In this document: piece by piece, positions 1 to 12,089 of the stretch
Numbering within the stretch: position 1 is the stretch's first letter
Layout of the letters: the number at the start of each line of letters is the position of its first letter
Origin: Adineta vaga
Lineage: Eukaryota; Animalia; Rotifera
DNA length: 64,000 bases
NCBI GenBank assembly: GCA_021613535.1
Contig: CP075495.1
Span: forward strand, 13,020,001-13,084,000
Direction of reading: 5' to 3'
The notes under the pieces: generated by a model
What the model was told of the DNA's origin: nothing
Database searches by the model: none
The model's input: only the letters and a program-made list of their open reading frames with translations
Position numbers and translations under genes: made by a program

Positions 1-342
1 TATATCAATATGTTAGTAACCAGAATATAAGAAAATGAATTGAAATAATCGAAGCACTCTTCAATCAATTAACTGGAAGATCTTCAAAATAATACATCGA
101 AGTTTCATAGTAATTGAAAACAACGTTTCAAACATGTATACAAAACGTTTTTGTATTCCATTGACATTTTTTGTTCATATTATAATTCGATTTATTGTCT
201 AATACATTAAATACTTAAAATTTGAACAGAAAAAAGAAAGAAATGAAGAATGAATGAACAAATAATTAGATAGAATAGGGACAATGTATGTATGTATATA
301 TATATATATATATGTATACACGAAGAAAGTTCAGAAACATCT

Positions 343-3300
343 TTAGATTTTCGATTGACCAATTAGGAGCATCAATGCTAATGCTAATCCAAAAGCGATT
401 ATTACATGTAGTAAAAGAAAGATTGCTTTAATTCGATCTTTGATAGTATTTTCTTCTGGTTCAATCTTTGTCGTATCAGTTCCATTTCGATCATGCATTG
501 CAATTGTATTTGTTTTTGTCATTTTTAATGCTGTTTTTTCGAAATAAACTTCAATCATTTCAAAAATTACAAATATGACTGGTAACCAACATGACCAGGC
601 TGCAACAATTGCCCATTCTTTGTTTGTTCGAAAATCAAAATATCCAAAAAACATTGCTAAGAATATGGCAGCAATGGAAAGTATAAAAGCACTGAAACCA
701 ACAGTTGCATGAGCATAATTAAATATAAAACGATAACGATCATCAGGATTACATCGAAATAATGCCATAAATGGTTGAATAATTGCAAAACATATAACTA
801 AAATTCCGATGATAGAATGAGCAAATTCACGTCGATTATCTCGTGAAACCCATTGACCTTTTTTATAGACAAGAATGAGAACGAAAGCAATTAAGGTTAA
901 TATGGCAACACTTGTCATGATAGTACGATGAATAGCAAACCATACTGCTTTACCACATATTTTTCGATCACTCCATGCCTTTTTGAAGTAACGTGCAATA
1001 AGAATACCAGTTGAAACAAGAACTATCCAAGTAAAAATCATAATAATACCATGAGCTTTCATAAGACCGACAGAGTTCGATGTGTTCGGTTGAGCATTTA
1101 CAGTAATTGTTTCTGCACGATTTAATACAACCGTTTGCGAAAGTGCTTCACGAAATGAATGTCTAATCAATAAATCTATTGAACAGAATAATAAGGAAGT
1201 ACATATATATATATATCGAAAGTTCAAAGACTTACTGGAGCCATCCAGATTTCCAATTGCTATCAATGGATAGTAGTTAGTCGTTTGAGAAAGAGCAGGA
1301 AATGTAATCTGACGAGACTGACGTGTTGTATTCGCAAAGTTAGATAGAGTAAAATCACAATGAATAACGCCATCATCTAGTCTTTCTCGAGTTGCGCTGA
1401 AAATACCACCCAAATCTGAAGTTGAATCAGGCAATTCTGGTCGGTTGTATTCACCTGGATTAATGAAACGTTGAAGAGATATTGTTTCATCAGCCAGACG
1501 TCGACATATGAAAACATGATCCTCTCCCTATACAAAAAAGCATTATGCATAAACGTTGTTTTGTGCGAAAAACTTAGTTGATACCATTTTACGATCACCT
1601 GAAAGTCCAATTGCTAGCCATTGTGATGCTTTTAGATTATTTATTCTCATATTTACAGTTGTAATACCTGCTATATATGTCCAAGTAATATTCACTGCTA
1701 CATCACTCGATTGTGGTGTACTAGTGGTGGAACCAGTACTTGGTGTAGTTATCTATCAAGAATAAAATACATATACTTTTATTGTTTCTTTCCTCATGGA
1801 AATAACTATGGTCGATCAATGTTAGAGAAGTAGAAACATTTCTGAAAGAAGATGTAACAGCTCATACAAATCATTTTAATAGTTAAAATACGGTGTGCTA
1901 TCTAGACATATCTTTCATGTAAAACTTACCATCGATGGATCAATCTGGATTGCTTCTGCTTGATTTAACATAACAGTTTGAGGAAGTGCCTGGCGAAATG
2001 AATGCCTAAGTAACCAATCTATTGGACAGAAGTAGAAAAAATATCGATATAAAAAGTAAAATAACTTACTTGAACTATTCATATTACCAATTGCTATCAA
2101 TGGATAATAATTGGTTGTTGGAGAAAGTACAGAAAACGTAATCTGACGAGACTGACGTGTTGTATTCGCAAAGTTAGATAGAGTAAAGTCACAATGAATA
2201 ATGCCATCATCTATTCTTTCTCGAGTAACATTGAAAATACCACCTAAATCTGAACTTGGCCCAGGCAATTGCGGTCGACCATGACCACCTGGATTAACAG
2301 TGCGTTGAAGAGATATTGTATTATCAGCCAGACGTTGACATATGAAAACATGATCCTCTCCCTATACAAAGAAACAGAACAAGTTGATGTTATTTTTATG
2401 GAAAATCGAGTTGATACCATATTACGATCGATTGAAAGACCAAGTGAAAACCATTGTGAAACTTTTAAATTATTTATTCTCATATTTACAGTTGTAATGC
2501 CAGCAGTATATGTCCAACTAATATTTGCTTTGACATCATTTACTGGCACTGCACTTGTAGTAGTAGTAATAACACTTGGTGTGGTTGTCTTTCAAGTACA
2601 GAATATATTCTATTCTCTGGAAGTATCGTCTATATATGACTTACCGTTTCTTGATCAAGATTTATTGTTTCTGAATTCTGCAATTGATATGTTCTCGATG
2701 AAACAAATGTGAAATTATGTTTCGCTACTGTGCCTATTTTAATAATACATATAAATGACTTCTTGTTATTTACATCCAAATCTTCTTTTTCGGAAGAGTT
2801 TACCTTCTAATCGAAGAATTCCAGCAGCAAAATTAAGATAATAATCTTTTCCTGCAACAATCGGTGCGGTTTCATTCTCGATTTGTCCAGATGTAGTGTC
2901 AAATGAAAATTCACAAGTTGCTTGACCATTTTCATATACAGCATTGATTACAATTACTTCTGCACTGGAGCAGTTGGTCTATATTAAAAAACGGAAGTTT
3001 CAATCGAATGAAAAGATGACGAAGAAAGAAAATTAATACGGTCGTTTGCCAGATTTTGTATGCATTCGTCGAAGTAAGGGAGTACCTGTTGAAGAAACTT
3101 GGCAAATGAATACATATTCATTACCCTGATAAAAAATTACACAAGATAGATTTTCAATAAAAGGAAATTTTCTTATCTAACCATTGCTCGATCATCAGAA
3201 AAACCAATCGCTCTCCATTCGCCAAGATTAACTTGTCCAGAAACCATTGTTACTGTTACTGTGTTATTAGTATATGTCCACGAAATATTTGTATTTGGTT

Positions 3301-4010
3301 TTGTTAATAAATCTCGTTGAGAATTGATATCCATCGGTTGAACAACTGGTAAATTATTCTAAAAGAGACATTTTAATTAAAAAGAATTTGATTTAATCTA
3401 TTATAAATATAATTACTTGTTTTGGTATCAATGTAATATTAAAACAATCAACATAGATTTCCTCATATGATTTAACAATTGTTGCTCTAGAATGTTTTAA
3501 AACTATAGATTTATATGTGTAGAAATAGAATTCTATTACTTAATGATAGTATCTCCTTGTGATAAAATTGCTGGTGAATGCCATAATGCTTCGATTTGTA
3601 ATTTATCAGCAGGTGTTATATGAGTTACGGCAGTATTCTCTATTCCATCACACGCAATTGTTTGAAAAGCTGAATTAGTTATTGACCATGTTCCAAGAAT
3701 TTCTTGAGTATGCTGATTTTTGGCTATGAGAAGAATTCCTTTAAAATAATCATCGTTTGTTGCACCATGAACAGTAACTATAGAATAAAAAGAACAACAT
3801 TTTACTAATCTTCGATGTTTCTTTATTACGTCGAATAATATCGTTAGGATAATATACAGATTTGTCTGATTGAATAATATATTTTGTTTCACATTGTTTT
3901 GGAGCAACATTATGATGTGGCATCATTGTATCACAGACACTATCCGGTGCACCATCAGGATGACTGTACCCATATTTGATACAGATTAATAATAGAATAA
4001 ATTTAATCAT
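343..4010 (-). CDS. FRRS1: Ferric-chelate reductase 1-like (signal peptide, reeler, three DOMON domains, cytochrome b561); multi-exon
   Basis: ATG at 4010 gives MIKFILLLICIKYGYSHPDGAPDSVCDTMMPHH (signal peptide + reeler), then FKGILLIA and AVTH motifs. Three DOMON units follow (W.xIG/LG.S.DxxM|GxD, CxF, xxH). The C-terminal b561 has KAHGIIM, WFAIHR, HSIIG, RFIFNYAH. Confidence 0.9.
1234..2587. repeat. Internal tandem duplication (~835 bp period) of a DOMON exon block
   Basis: Near-identical segments, e.g. gacgagactgacgtgttgtattcgcaaagttagatagagtaaa at ~1311 and ~2146, and atatgaaaacatgatcctctccctatacaaa at ~1506 and ~2340. Confidence 0.9.
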
Positions 4011-5013
4011 CTGAAAAAATAAGATCAATTCTAATTTATATGAATAAAGAATGACTTTTTTTCTATGTCAGTTAGATTTTTTTTTCTTCTAGTCATTGAA
4101 TGACAAAGCAAATCTTTCGTTGTACTTCTGTCAACACTTCGTATTCGTGATATCGAAGTCATCATTAGTATGCATTTCGTTTTTTTTCTCTTATTTTCTT
4201 TTGATAAATCATTCATCAAATATAACAACGACCCGTTGTATTCGTGTAGATTTAATGAAAGAATACTACATACATACATATAGTAAATACTTGGTCGTCG
4301 AACTGTATAATCGATGTCATCTGCGTTGTCTTTGTAATCTCTTTTCATTCTCGAATCTTTCTTTCTTTCTTTCTTTTTTTCTTTTGTTCTCGTTTCAAAT
4401 GATAACTCGTCGCTTTGATACACATATCGAAAATGATAAGTCATGACCCTCGGATACGTACATACTTAGTCACCAGTAAGAATTTATTGTCGATATTGAA
4501 TAACATGTACGTCATTGACTGATTGAAACGTATTTATTCATGATCAACTACTTACTTATCATCTTTTTTTTCAAGGTCTTTTTTCTCGTTTCTCACATAC
4601 GGATAAAACGATATGCGATATGATAAAAAACAAAAAGATTTGGCTCATATATTTAAAACAACATAGAGAAGCAGAAATCATATTCCTAAATATTGACATG
4701 ATAACACGCAAAACAGACAATTGCTAGCGATTAAATCAATGTTTCTATTCGTTCTTTTTTGCCAATAAAATTCAAGATTAAGTTAAGATTAAATAGCAAA
4801 CAAGTTGAGACTGATATTGAACTTTACTTGAAAATACAAATCATTTCAAACGTTTTTTCATAGGTTTCTATACTGATTTTCATCTGTATGGCTTGTCAAA
4901 TTGTTTGCATAAACATTAACAAACTTAAAAAATACACATTAAAAAACAGAAAGTCTATGCTTTTTCTTTCAACAGTCAAAAAAAGCTTGCAAGAGCTGTT
5001 TGAAACAAACGAA

Positions 5014-5014
5014 T

Positions 5015-5045
<31 letters not shown>
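5014..5045. repeat. (GA)n microsatellite
   Basis: agagagagag run seen directly. Confidence 0.9.
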
Positions 5046-5313
5046 AAGCAGGAAGAGTTGAACTAAAATTCTATTTACTTATTTACAGTTAAGTATGCAT
5101 GGAAAAATAGTCACACATTTCTTTGAAAGATCTATTAAATTAACATTTTCTCTAAATTGATAATGAAAGTGCATACCAATAACAAAGAAAAACGTTTGTT
5201 TCTTTTCTACATTGCAAAATAACAACTAAGGTATGTATCAGTTGTTTTTCATTTTTAACAAACTTTTTCTCAAGATTTTAGTTTCTAGATCTAATAAACT
5301 CGAATTCTGTACG

Positions 5314-6845
5314 ATGAATACATATAATCGTCGAATAAAAGATGATATTGTTCATACATTAGATGAATCGAACGATAAATATGTTATATCTAAACCAAGT
5401 CCAATACGAAAATCAAAAGTACAGAATGGACGATCACATTCACCAACATTGGAATCACTAACGGCTGTACGAACTAAATTAAATGAATATCTTAAATCAA
5501 GTGTACATTGCATTCCAACGAGTCAAACATCAAAAGCTATCACATATGAAGAATCATGCTCTTCAGAATCTGAGATAAAAATACCACCTTCATTATTACT
5601 AAAGTCAGTAAATTCTCACAAAAAACCTACTGTACAACCATCGGATAAAATAACATACGAAGCAAAACAAACACGTAATGGTGATATAAAACAAAAATGT
5701 TCGGTAGAAATTTGGTTGCCAAATCTTTATTCTACAGTCACTGCTCCGGATGACGACAATGATCGGAGTACAAATGGAACGTTGTCACCAGCTTCGATTA
5801 GAACTAATCAAGAACTACCAGTGATAGTAATTGAAAGTCAGCAATCAAATATAAATAAAGTATCATTAATTACTGCGTATGGAAATACACAATCGGTTAA
5901 CGAATTGTCTTCAAATAATTTTCAAACGAACTTAACACCTCACATTCAGCACGATGAAGATATTCGATTCGATCGATCTGAAGAACGAGTACGTTCAAGT
6001 AAAACAACCAGTAGCAACAAATCAAATCGTTATAAATACACACAAAATCGTCGAGGGTCAAAAGATACACTTCAATCAATAACAACAGGAATATCTATGG
6101 CATCAAAAATTGTACATCCCGACGCAACTCAAGCGTTTTATTTACAAAAAATGAAAGAAAATTTCGGATCCAGTGCGAGTACAACAGTTAGTGATCCTTT
6201 AGGAAAACCTTCACGAGCAAAAGCAAGTCATCGACTAATACGAACAAACAAACAATTTGCACATATACGTCATTCTTCAGAAAATAATACACATATCATG
6301 AAAGGTATTCACTGAATGAAATCATATCATGGATTAATTCTTTGATTTTAGATATCAAATCTCATCAAACAGTTGCCTTTCGAATAATTCTTGGAAATGC
6401 ATTACCATTTCGATCTGCAGATGATTATCATATCATCGATCCGAAACTACTCAATTGTTGTTCATCAAATCAAAAATCCTTAAATTCAAAAGTTCTCCCT
6501 GCGACACATAGTGTTTGTAAATCAAATAATCATCGAAATTCAACCGCTAAACTCGATTTGCTTCTACCTTCTGTACAAACAAAGAAAACTGACGATTCAT
6601 CACGAAATGTACAAAATAAAATCGCTTCACGTCTAATTATTCATCCTTATCCTGTCGAAAATAAGACAAGCTCAATGAATTTATCTGAATATCAACCAAA
6701 ACGATCTTTACCATTACCGTTACTACTTCTTCGCCCTCAACAACGAAGACATTCCATTCTTCATCTCGAACACATGACTCAACAGATAAAGAACCTGTTC
6801 ATTTCAGATATAGCAGAGGTCAAAATACTACTTGTAATTATCTGA
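5314..6845 (+). CDS. Uncharacterised Ser/Thr-rich, probably disordered protein (2 or more exons)
   Basis: ORFs 5233-6315 and 6342-6845 join via a short GT-AG intron near 6305-6351; likely ATG 5314; no recognisable domain; the true 3' end may include a small further exon near 6960-6974. Confidence 0.6.
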
Positions 6846-7089
6846 TACCGAAATAAAATTCTTCTTTTCATTTTCGTAATATACGAAAATTTTCCTAATT
6901 TATTACTATTTTCTCTTTCATTTCAATCATTTGAAATGTCTACATGTGAATATTAACAGGACTCTAACAAATAACATGTTTTGTTTATGTTTCTATAACA
7001 AGAAATAATTATGTACATGTTTACATATACGAAAAAAATGTAACAATGAACGAAAGACTAGTAGGGAAAAACAAAACAGTTGAAAGATT

Positions 7090-9457
7090 TTAATACATTG
7101 TTTTACGTTGACGTTTAGGTGTTAATGGTTGAGTTATATTTGTTTGACGTAGAAGAGTTGAGAATGGTGAATCATGATTTTTCTCATGTTTCCATGGAGC
7201 AAGCATATCTTTAATTGACTAAAAAGATTCGAAAATAAAAGTAATAGATTGAATTGATTTATCTGAATGATCTTACTGTAAACAATTTGATGGAATACTC
7301 AATCATATATTGAGCATGTTTATGAATATCTAAATCTCGATGATAGGTAGATAATGCATTTGTAAACATTAATAAAATATCACGTTCAAATAGAAGAATA
7401 TCATCATCATAATCACCATTATTCATACGTTCACGTATTTCAGGGATATCCAATGGTTTTTTAATCTGATTGTAATAGTCATTGGGTAAGTCAAAAGAAT
7501 CAAGTGATTCAGCAAAATCATAACCATATCTAAACGAGAAGATTCAGTAATACAGTTGTTTAACTTTAAAAAATTCTTATGATAAATTTATATTCTTACT
7601 TTGCAGATTTTAAACTATTCAAAATTGTATTGATCGATTTACGATTATTGTTTGCTGATGAACTGGCTGTTGATCTAGATTAACGAATAAATTGAGTTTA
7701 ATTTTACAAATAAAACATGTTACCGAGGTTGTCGACGTAAACTTAGTGGTGTTGCTGAATCAACAGTGTCTTGTACTTCAGAATATGATGTTACACTGTG
7801 TTCTTCGACATCATTTAACGAATTTTTAAGAGTATTGCCGTTCGAAATTGGTTGCATAGTAGCAAAACTAGTGTGACCATTGGATACTGGAACATTAGCA
7901 GTACTGCTTGAAATTTCATCTTCATCCATTTGAACAACTTCTTCATCATCATCATCATCAACAACGTCAACAACAAGCGTAGATGTTGCAGTTGTTACCA
8001 ATGATTCATTTCGAGTAGAATGATCGTTATGATCTTGTGTTGATTCCATTGGATCGTCATCCACTGATGTATAATAACTTGCTACACTATGACTACTATC
8101 GAGTTGAAGATTGATCGACGTTGGTTTATCACTAATTTTAAAAAAAGCAATTTTACTCTTATGAAATAAGACATTGAGATGAAATCAAATTACTTCGTTG
8201 GAACTTGTTCCTGTGCTGATAAACGGGTATCAACAGTTGATTGATTACTATGATCACTACTGCTTATATGTTCATATATATCTCTATCATTGGAAATGGA
8301 TATTTCTGATGGCATTGTTCGTACATTCAATGGTAGATTCATTTCTATTAATTCATTCGAGATAGATGTTGATTCATCTCGATCTCGACCTACATTGGAA
8401 TTCATAACTAGTGTTCGTTCACGACTATCATCGTCAGAACTAAGTTCTATTTCATCAATATGAACTTCAATTGTTTGGCGATTCGTTATCAATTGTTTTT
8501 CATTTTCAATCAATAAATTATTCGATTGAATTATGATTGGAAATGATGGTAAATCAGATGGATTGTTTTTTTGATGAGTATCAATCGAAGGTACTTGACG
8601 ATCATTTAGATTTGGTGGTGAAACTGTTTGTTTTTGTGGAATAGAATTTGTATTGAATGCTTGTTGTATGGGAAAGAATGGTGGTGGAGGTAATAATTCA
8701 ACTGGAAACGATGAACACTAGACAAAAAAGAATATTGGTTAGTAAACGTCATCCATTGAAATTACTTGTATATCAGTTGGTAAAGGATTTTGTTTCATCA
8801 TATGTAATTTGAGACGTCCAAGCATTTTGATTTTTTGTTCTCGTTCATTATCATGAATGTTATTTCCAGTAGAAGCACTAAAGTAAGAAGGAAAATGGAA
8901 GATCTTGCTAAAGAGAGAATGATATGAACTATTCTTTCGTACGTATTTTTAACATCTTGTAAAATTTCATTAATATCATATAGAGTAATTCGACCAGCAT
9001 TGAATAAACGTATAAAATCATATGTAACCAAAAGTAAATCACGTGATTCAGTCATTCGTTCACAAAGATCACCATAATAAAGACGTTTGATTACAGTAAA
9101 GATATAACTATACAACGATTCAGATGAATCATTTTGCCTAAAATGAAGAATTTTCGCATAATATCATATGAAAGATCTTTATACAGTATTAAACTTATGA
9201 CTCATTATATATTTACCAGCCATGACTATATTGTTGACATAAACGATCGAATTGTGTTTGACAATTCTATACATTCGAAAACAGATTTTCCAATAAAAGC
9301 GATTATTTTAAATCTAATTCTTTACTTGTGGTGTTGTATTAATATAATCCGCCAGATTTTTTGCTACTAAACTCCATGGTTCTGCATAAGATCCATATTT
9401 ACAAACTGTAAAAGCAAGCATATAATTGGATTTCAAATCCCATTGATAATCAGCCAT
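7090..9457 (-). CDS. BRD8: BRD8-like bromodomain protein; multi-exon
   Basis: N-terminus MADYQWDLKSNYMLAFTVCKYGSYAEPWSLVAKNL resembles the BRD8 N-terminal domain; acidic low-complexity middle; C-terminal bromodomain DYYNQIKKPLDIPEIRERM...FERDILLMFTNA. Confidence 0.75.
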
Positions 9458-9547
9458 CTGCAAATAAAAAAGGCACATTTTCCTTTTCCTTCGTTGAAGA
9501 AAAATGGTTTTTTTTTCATGCACAATAGAATCAATCCTTAGCTATGT

Positions 9548-9949
9548 TTATTTATATTTAATTCTATCAGTAGCAACATAAAATTCTTTTTCTAATTGTC
9601 TCGTCGATGGATTGATTGGAGAAAATCCAATAGGACCACGTTCACAATTAGCACAAACAAGATATTTTGTTTGATTATTAACGGTATTCGAAAAGCCAAC
9701 ATTTTCAAAAGTAAACATATCCGATACGAGCCAAAAAGATTCTAAAGAATCACATGGATGATCATTTCCATTAATAGACAAACGATTTGTTTCTGTATCT
9801 GTCGATGAATTCTTATCGACACTCATTTGCGGTAATAAAGTTGGTTTGTTTGTTAAAATAGCTGTTTGTGGACGAAGAATAATATCATCACAAAATGAAC
9901 AGACAATTGTTTGAATATTTCGATCACCAATTGCTGGTAAATTTTCCAT
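9548..9949 (-). CDS. RABIF: MSS4/RABIF Rab guanine-nucleotide exchange factor/chaperone, single exon
   Basis: CSFC...FWLVSDMFTFENVGFS...KYLVCANCERGPIG...FYVATDRI, the Mss4 signature with two CxxC Zn pairs. Confidence 0.95.
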   Translation of the reverse strand: MENLPAIGDRNIQTIVCSFCDDIILRPQTAILTNKPTLLPQMSVDKNSSTDTETNRLSINGNDHPCDSLESFWLVSDMFTFENVGFSNTVNNQTKYLVCANCERGPIGFSPINPSTRQLEKEFYVATDRIKYK

Positions 9950-10196
9950 GGAAAGAAAGAAAACAAATCGTTCACAGTTCGCTTTTTAATTTGTTCTACA
10001 ATCTATAAAAAGAAGATTTTAATCTTTAATTTATTCTTTTGTTCATTAGAAGAAAGAAAGAAAGAAAAAATTCATCTGACTTTGAAGATTCTACAAGTTA
10101 TTAAGCACAAACAGAAATACACAGATAGACACATAGAACAGAGAAAAGACACATGAAAAAACTTAGATTTTACATTCGAAACTGAAGAACTGAAAT

Positions 10197-10878
10197 TTAA
10201 TTAAACATATCAAGTAAAGTAGATATATTAATACGAGAACATTGAGGTGATTGATATCGAATTGTATTTTCGATTCCGCCATGAAAAGTAAAGATATTTA
10301 TACCATTGGATTGATGATGAATCATTTGTTCAATACGTTCATTCTTTGGAATGAGATCAGCAAATGTATCTTCATTATGGTGAGTCGATTGATGTGGAAG
10401 ATCATCTTCTGAATAAGAATATGACATTGCAGGTGACGGGGCTTGAAGAATAACTAATTCATCATGTTTATGATTGGATTCTTTCAAATTAGATGAAGAT
10501 GTGGATGAAAGATCATCACTTGAAAATATCTGACATATTTGTTTACTATTTGAATTCATAAGACCCAATGCACAGCGACGTTGAAGAGATCCAGGCGTAG
10601 AGAATTTTCTTTTATTTAAACGTATAGGCGTCATCATTGTATTATTATTGTTATACATTGAAAAATCATTCGTACTAGTTATACCAGTCAATGTTAGACG
10701 TTTAAGATTATTGGAATGGAATACACGATCATTCATTGTTGTCGATGACAAAAGATTAGTATGTTCTAGAAAATAGATTGAAATCAGCAAGGAATATGAG
10801 AGATGATTTAAAATTACTTGGAGTTTTATATAGGACAAAATCACTGTCATTCTCTTTACTTCGTAATACTGATGTCAT
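10197..10878 (-). CDS. KEN-box/D-box protein, securin-like candidate (2 exons)
   Basis: Exon 1 (10878-10818) reads MTSVLRSKENDSDFVLYKTP; a 52-nt GT-AG intron (10817-10766) joins it in frame to the 10197 ORF, which contains RCALGLMN. Confidence 0.6.
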
Positions 10879-11171
10879 TCTTCTTATGGAATCGAAAAAT
10901 CTGAAATTAAAACAAATATTCTTTTGCTTTTCTCGATTAACTCTTTATATAAATGATAAAGGAAGATATATATATATATATATATGTATATCTGATGTAG
11001 TAAAACATTGTAAATGATCACATACATGCAGTATAATAAGTTGAATAAAAGATATCAGTCGATGACAATTTTCAAGATACACAAAAAAGAAAATAAACAA
11101 ATATGATTTGTTAATCAAATTTGTATTACAAAAAGAATTGACAGTATATTTTAAATCACAGTCGAAAGAGA

Positions 11172-12089
11172 CTAATTAACGGAAGTTTGATTTGATGAAC
11201 CTTCAATCGCATTCGGTGCATTCAAACCCTCACCAGGTGGATCATGTGAGATATTGAACATTTCACGTACTTCTGTTGACGCTTTTCCACGAACCATATT
11301 TGCAATAGTTTTACAACCAACAGCAATTAAAGATTTAATGCCTAAAAAATTTGCAGCCTAAAATTAAATAAAACCGAAAAGAAATTTTCATGTTGTTCCA
11401 ATTTCTCCATATGAACAAAGAAAACTACCATAATAATATCAAAAAGTGTTCCATCTGCTACAGTAAAATTTTTGATAAAGTTCAAATCCCATTCACTAAT
11501 ATCATCCGATCTAAATGAACAAAAATGCACATCCATATTCGAATTATTTTCTTGGAAATAAACAGAAAAGAATATTTATACCTTTTTGGTTCGTATATAT
11601 CTTTATTTGGATCATCATCATCATCATCGTCATTAACTATATCGGATTTTGAATCATTTTTATGATAATTACAGTAGTCAACAATCTAAAAATAAATATT
11701 TCATATGATATTAAAAACAAATCAATCGATTAAATCTTTTACTTACTGGACCCAACAATGCTGCCTGAACTTTTGGCAATGGAATAATTGCATCACTTAC
11801 ATTCAATGCTAAAGAACATAATCAAATAAAAAAATATATTCTTAAATCAATCAGCTTACATTCACACAGTTCTTTTACTGCTGATAGTTGATTAATAACG
11901 TTTTCATCTACTTCATATATTTGTCCATCGTTTGATTGAAGTTTGAACATCTGTAGTGGTACATTCTCTGCATCATTAGTAGTGATATATTTGTCCATCG
12001 TTTGATTGAAGTTTGAACATCTGTAGTGGTACATTCTCTGCATCATTAGTAGTGATAGTTGAAGGTACTTCGGTAGTGGTAGCGGCCAT
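11172..12089 (-). CDS. SKP1: Skp1-family protein, divergent C-terminus; exon 1 frame broken by a 70-bp duplication
   Basis: [63 protein letters not shown]; stop TAG at 11172-11174. Confidence 0.85.
11915..12057. repeat. Perfect 70-bp tandem duplication
   Basis: 11915-11987 is identical to 11985-12057, with ATA microhomology at the junction. Confidence 0.95.
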
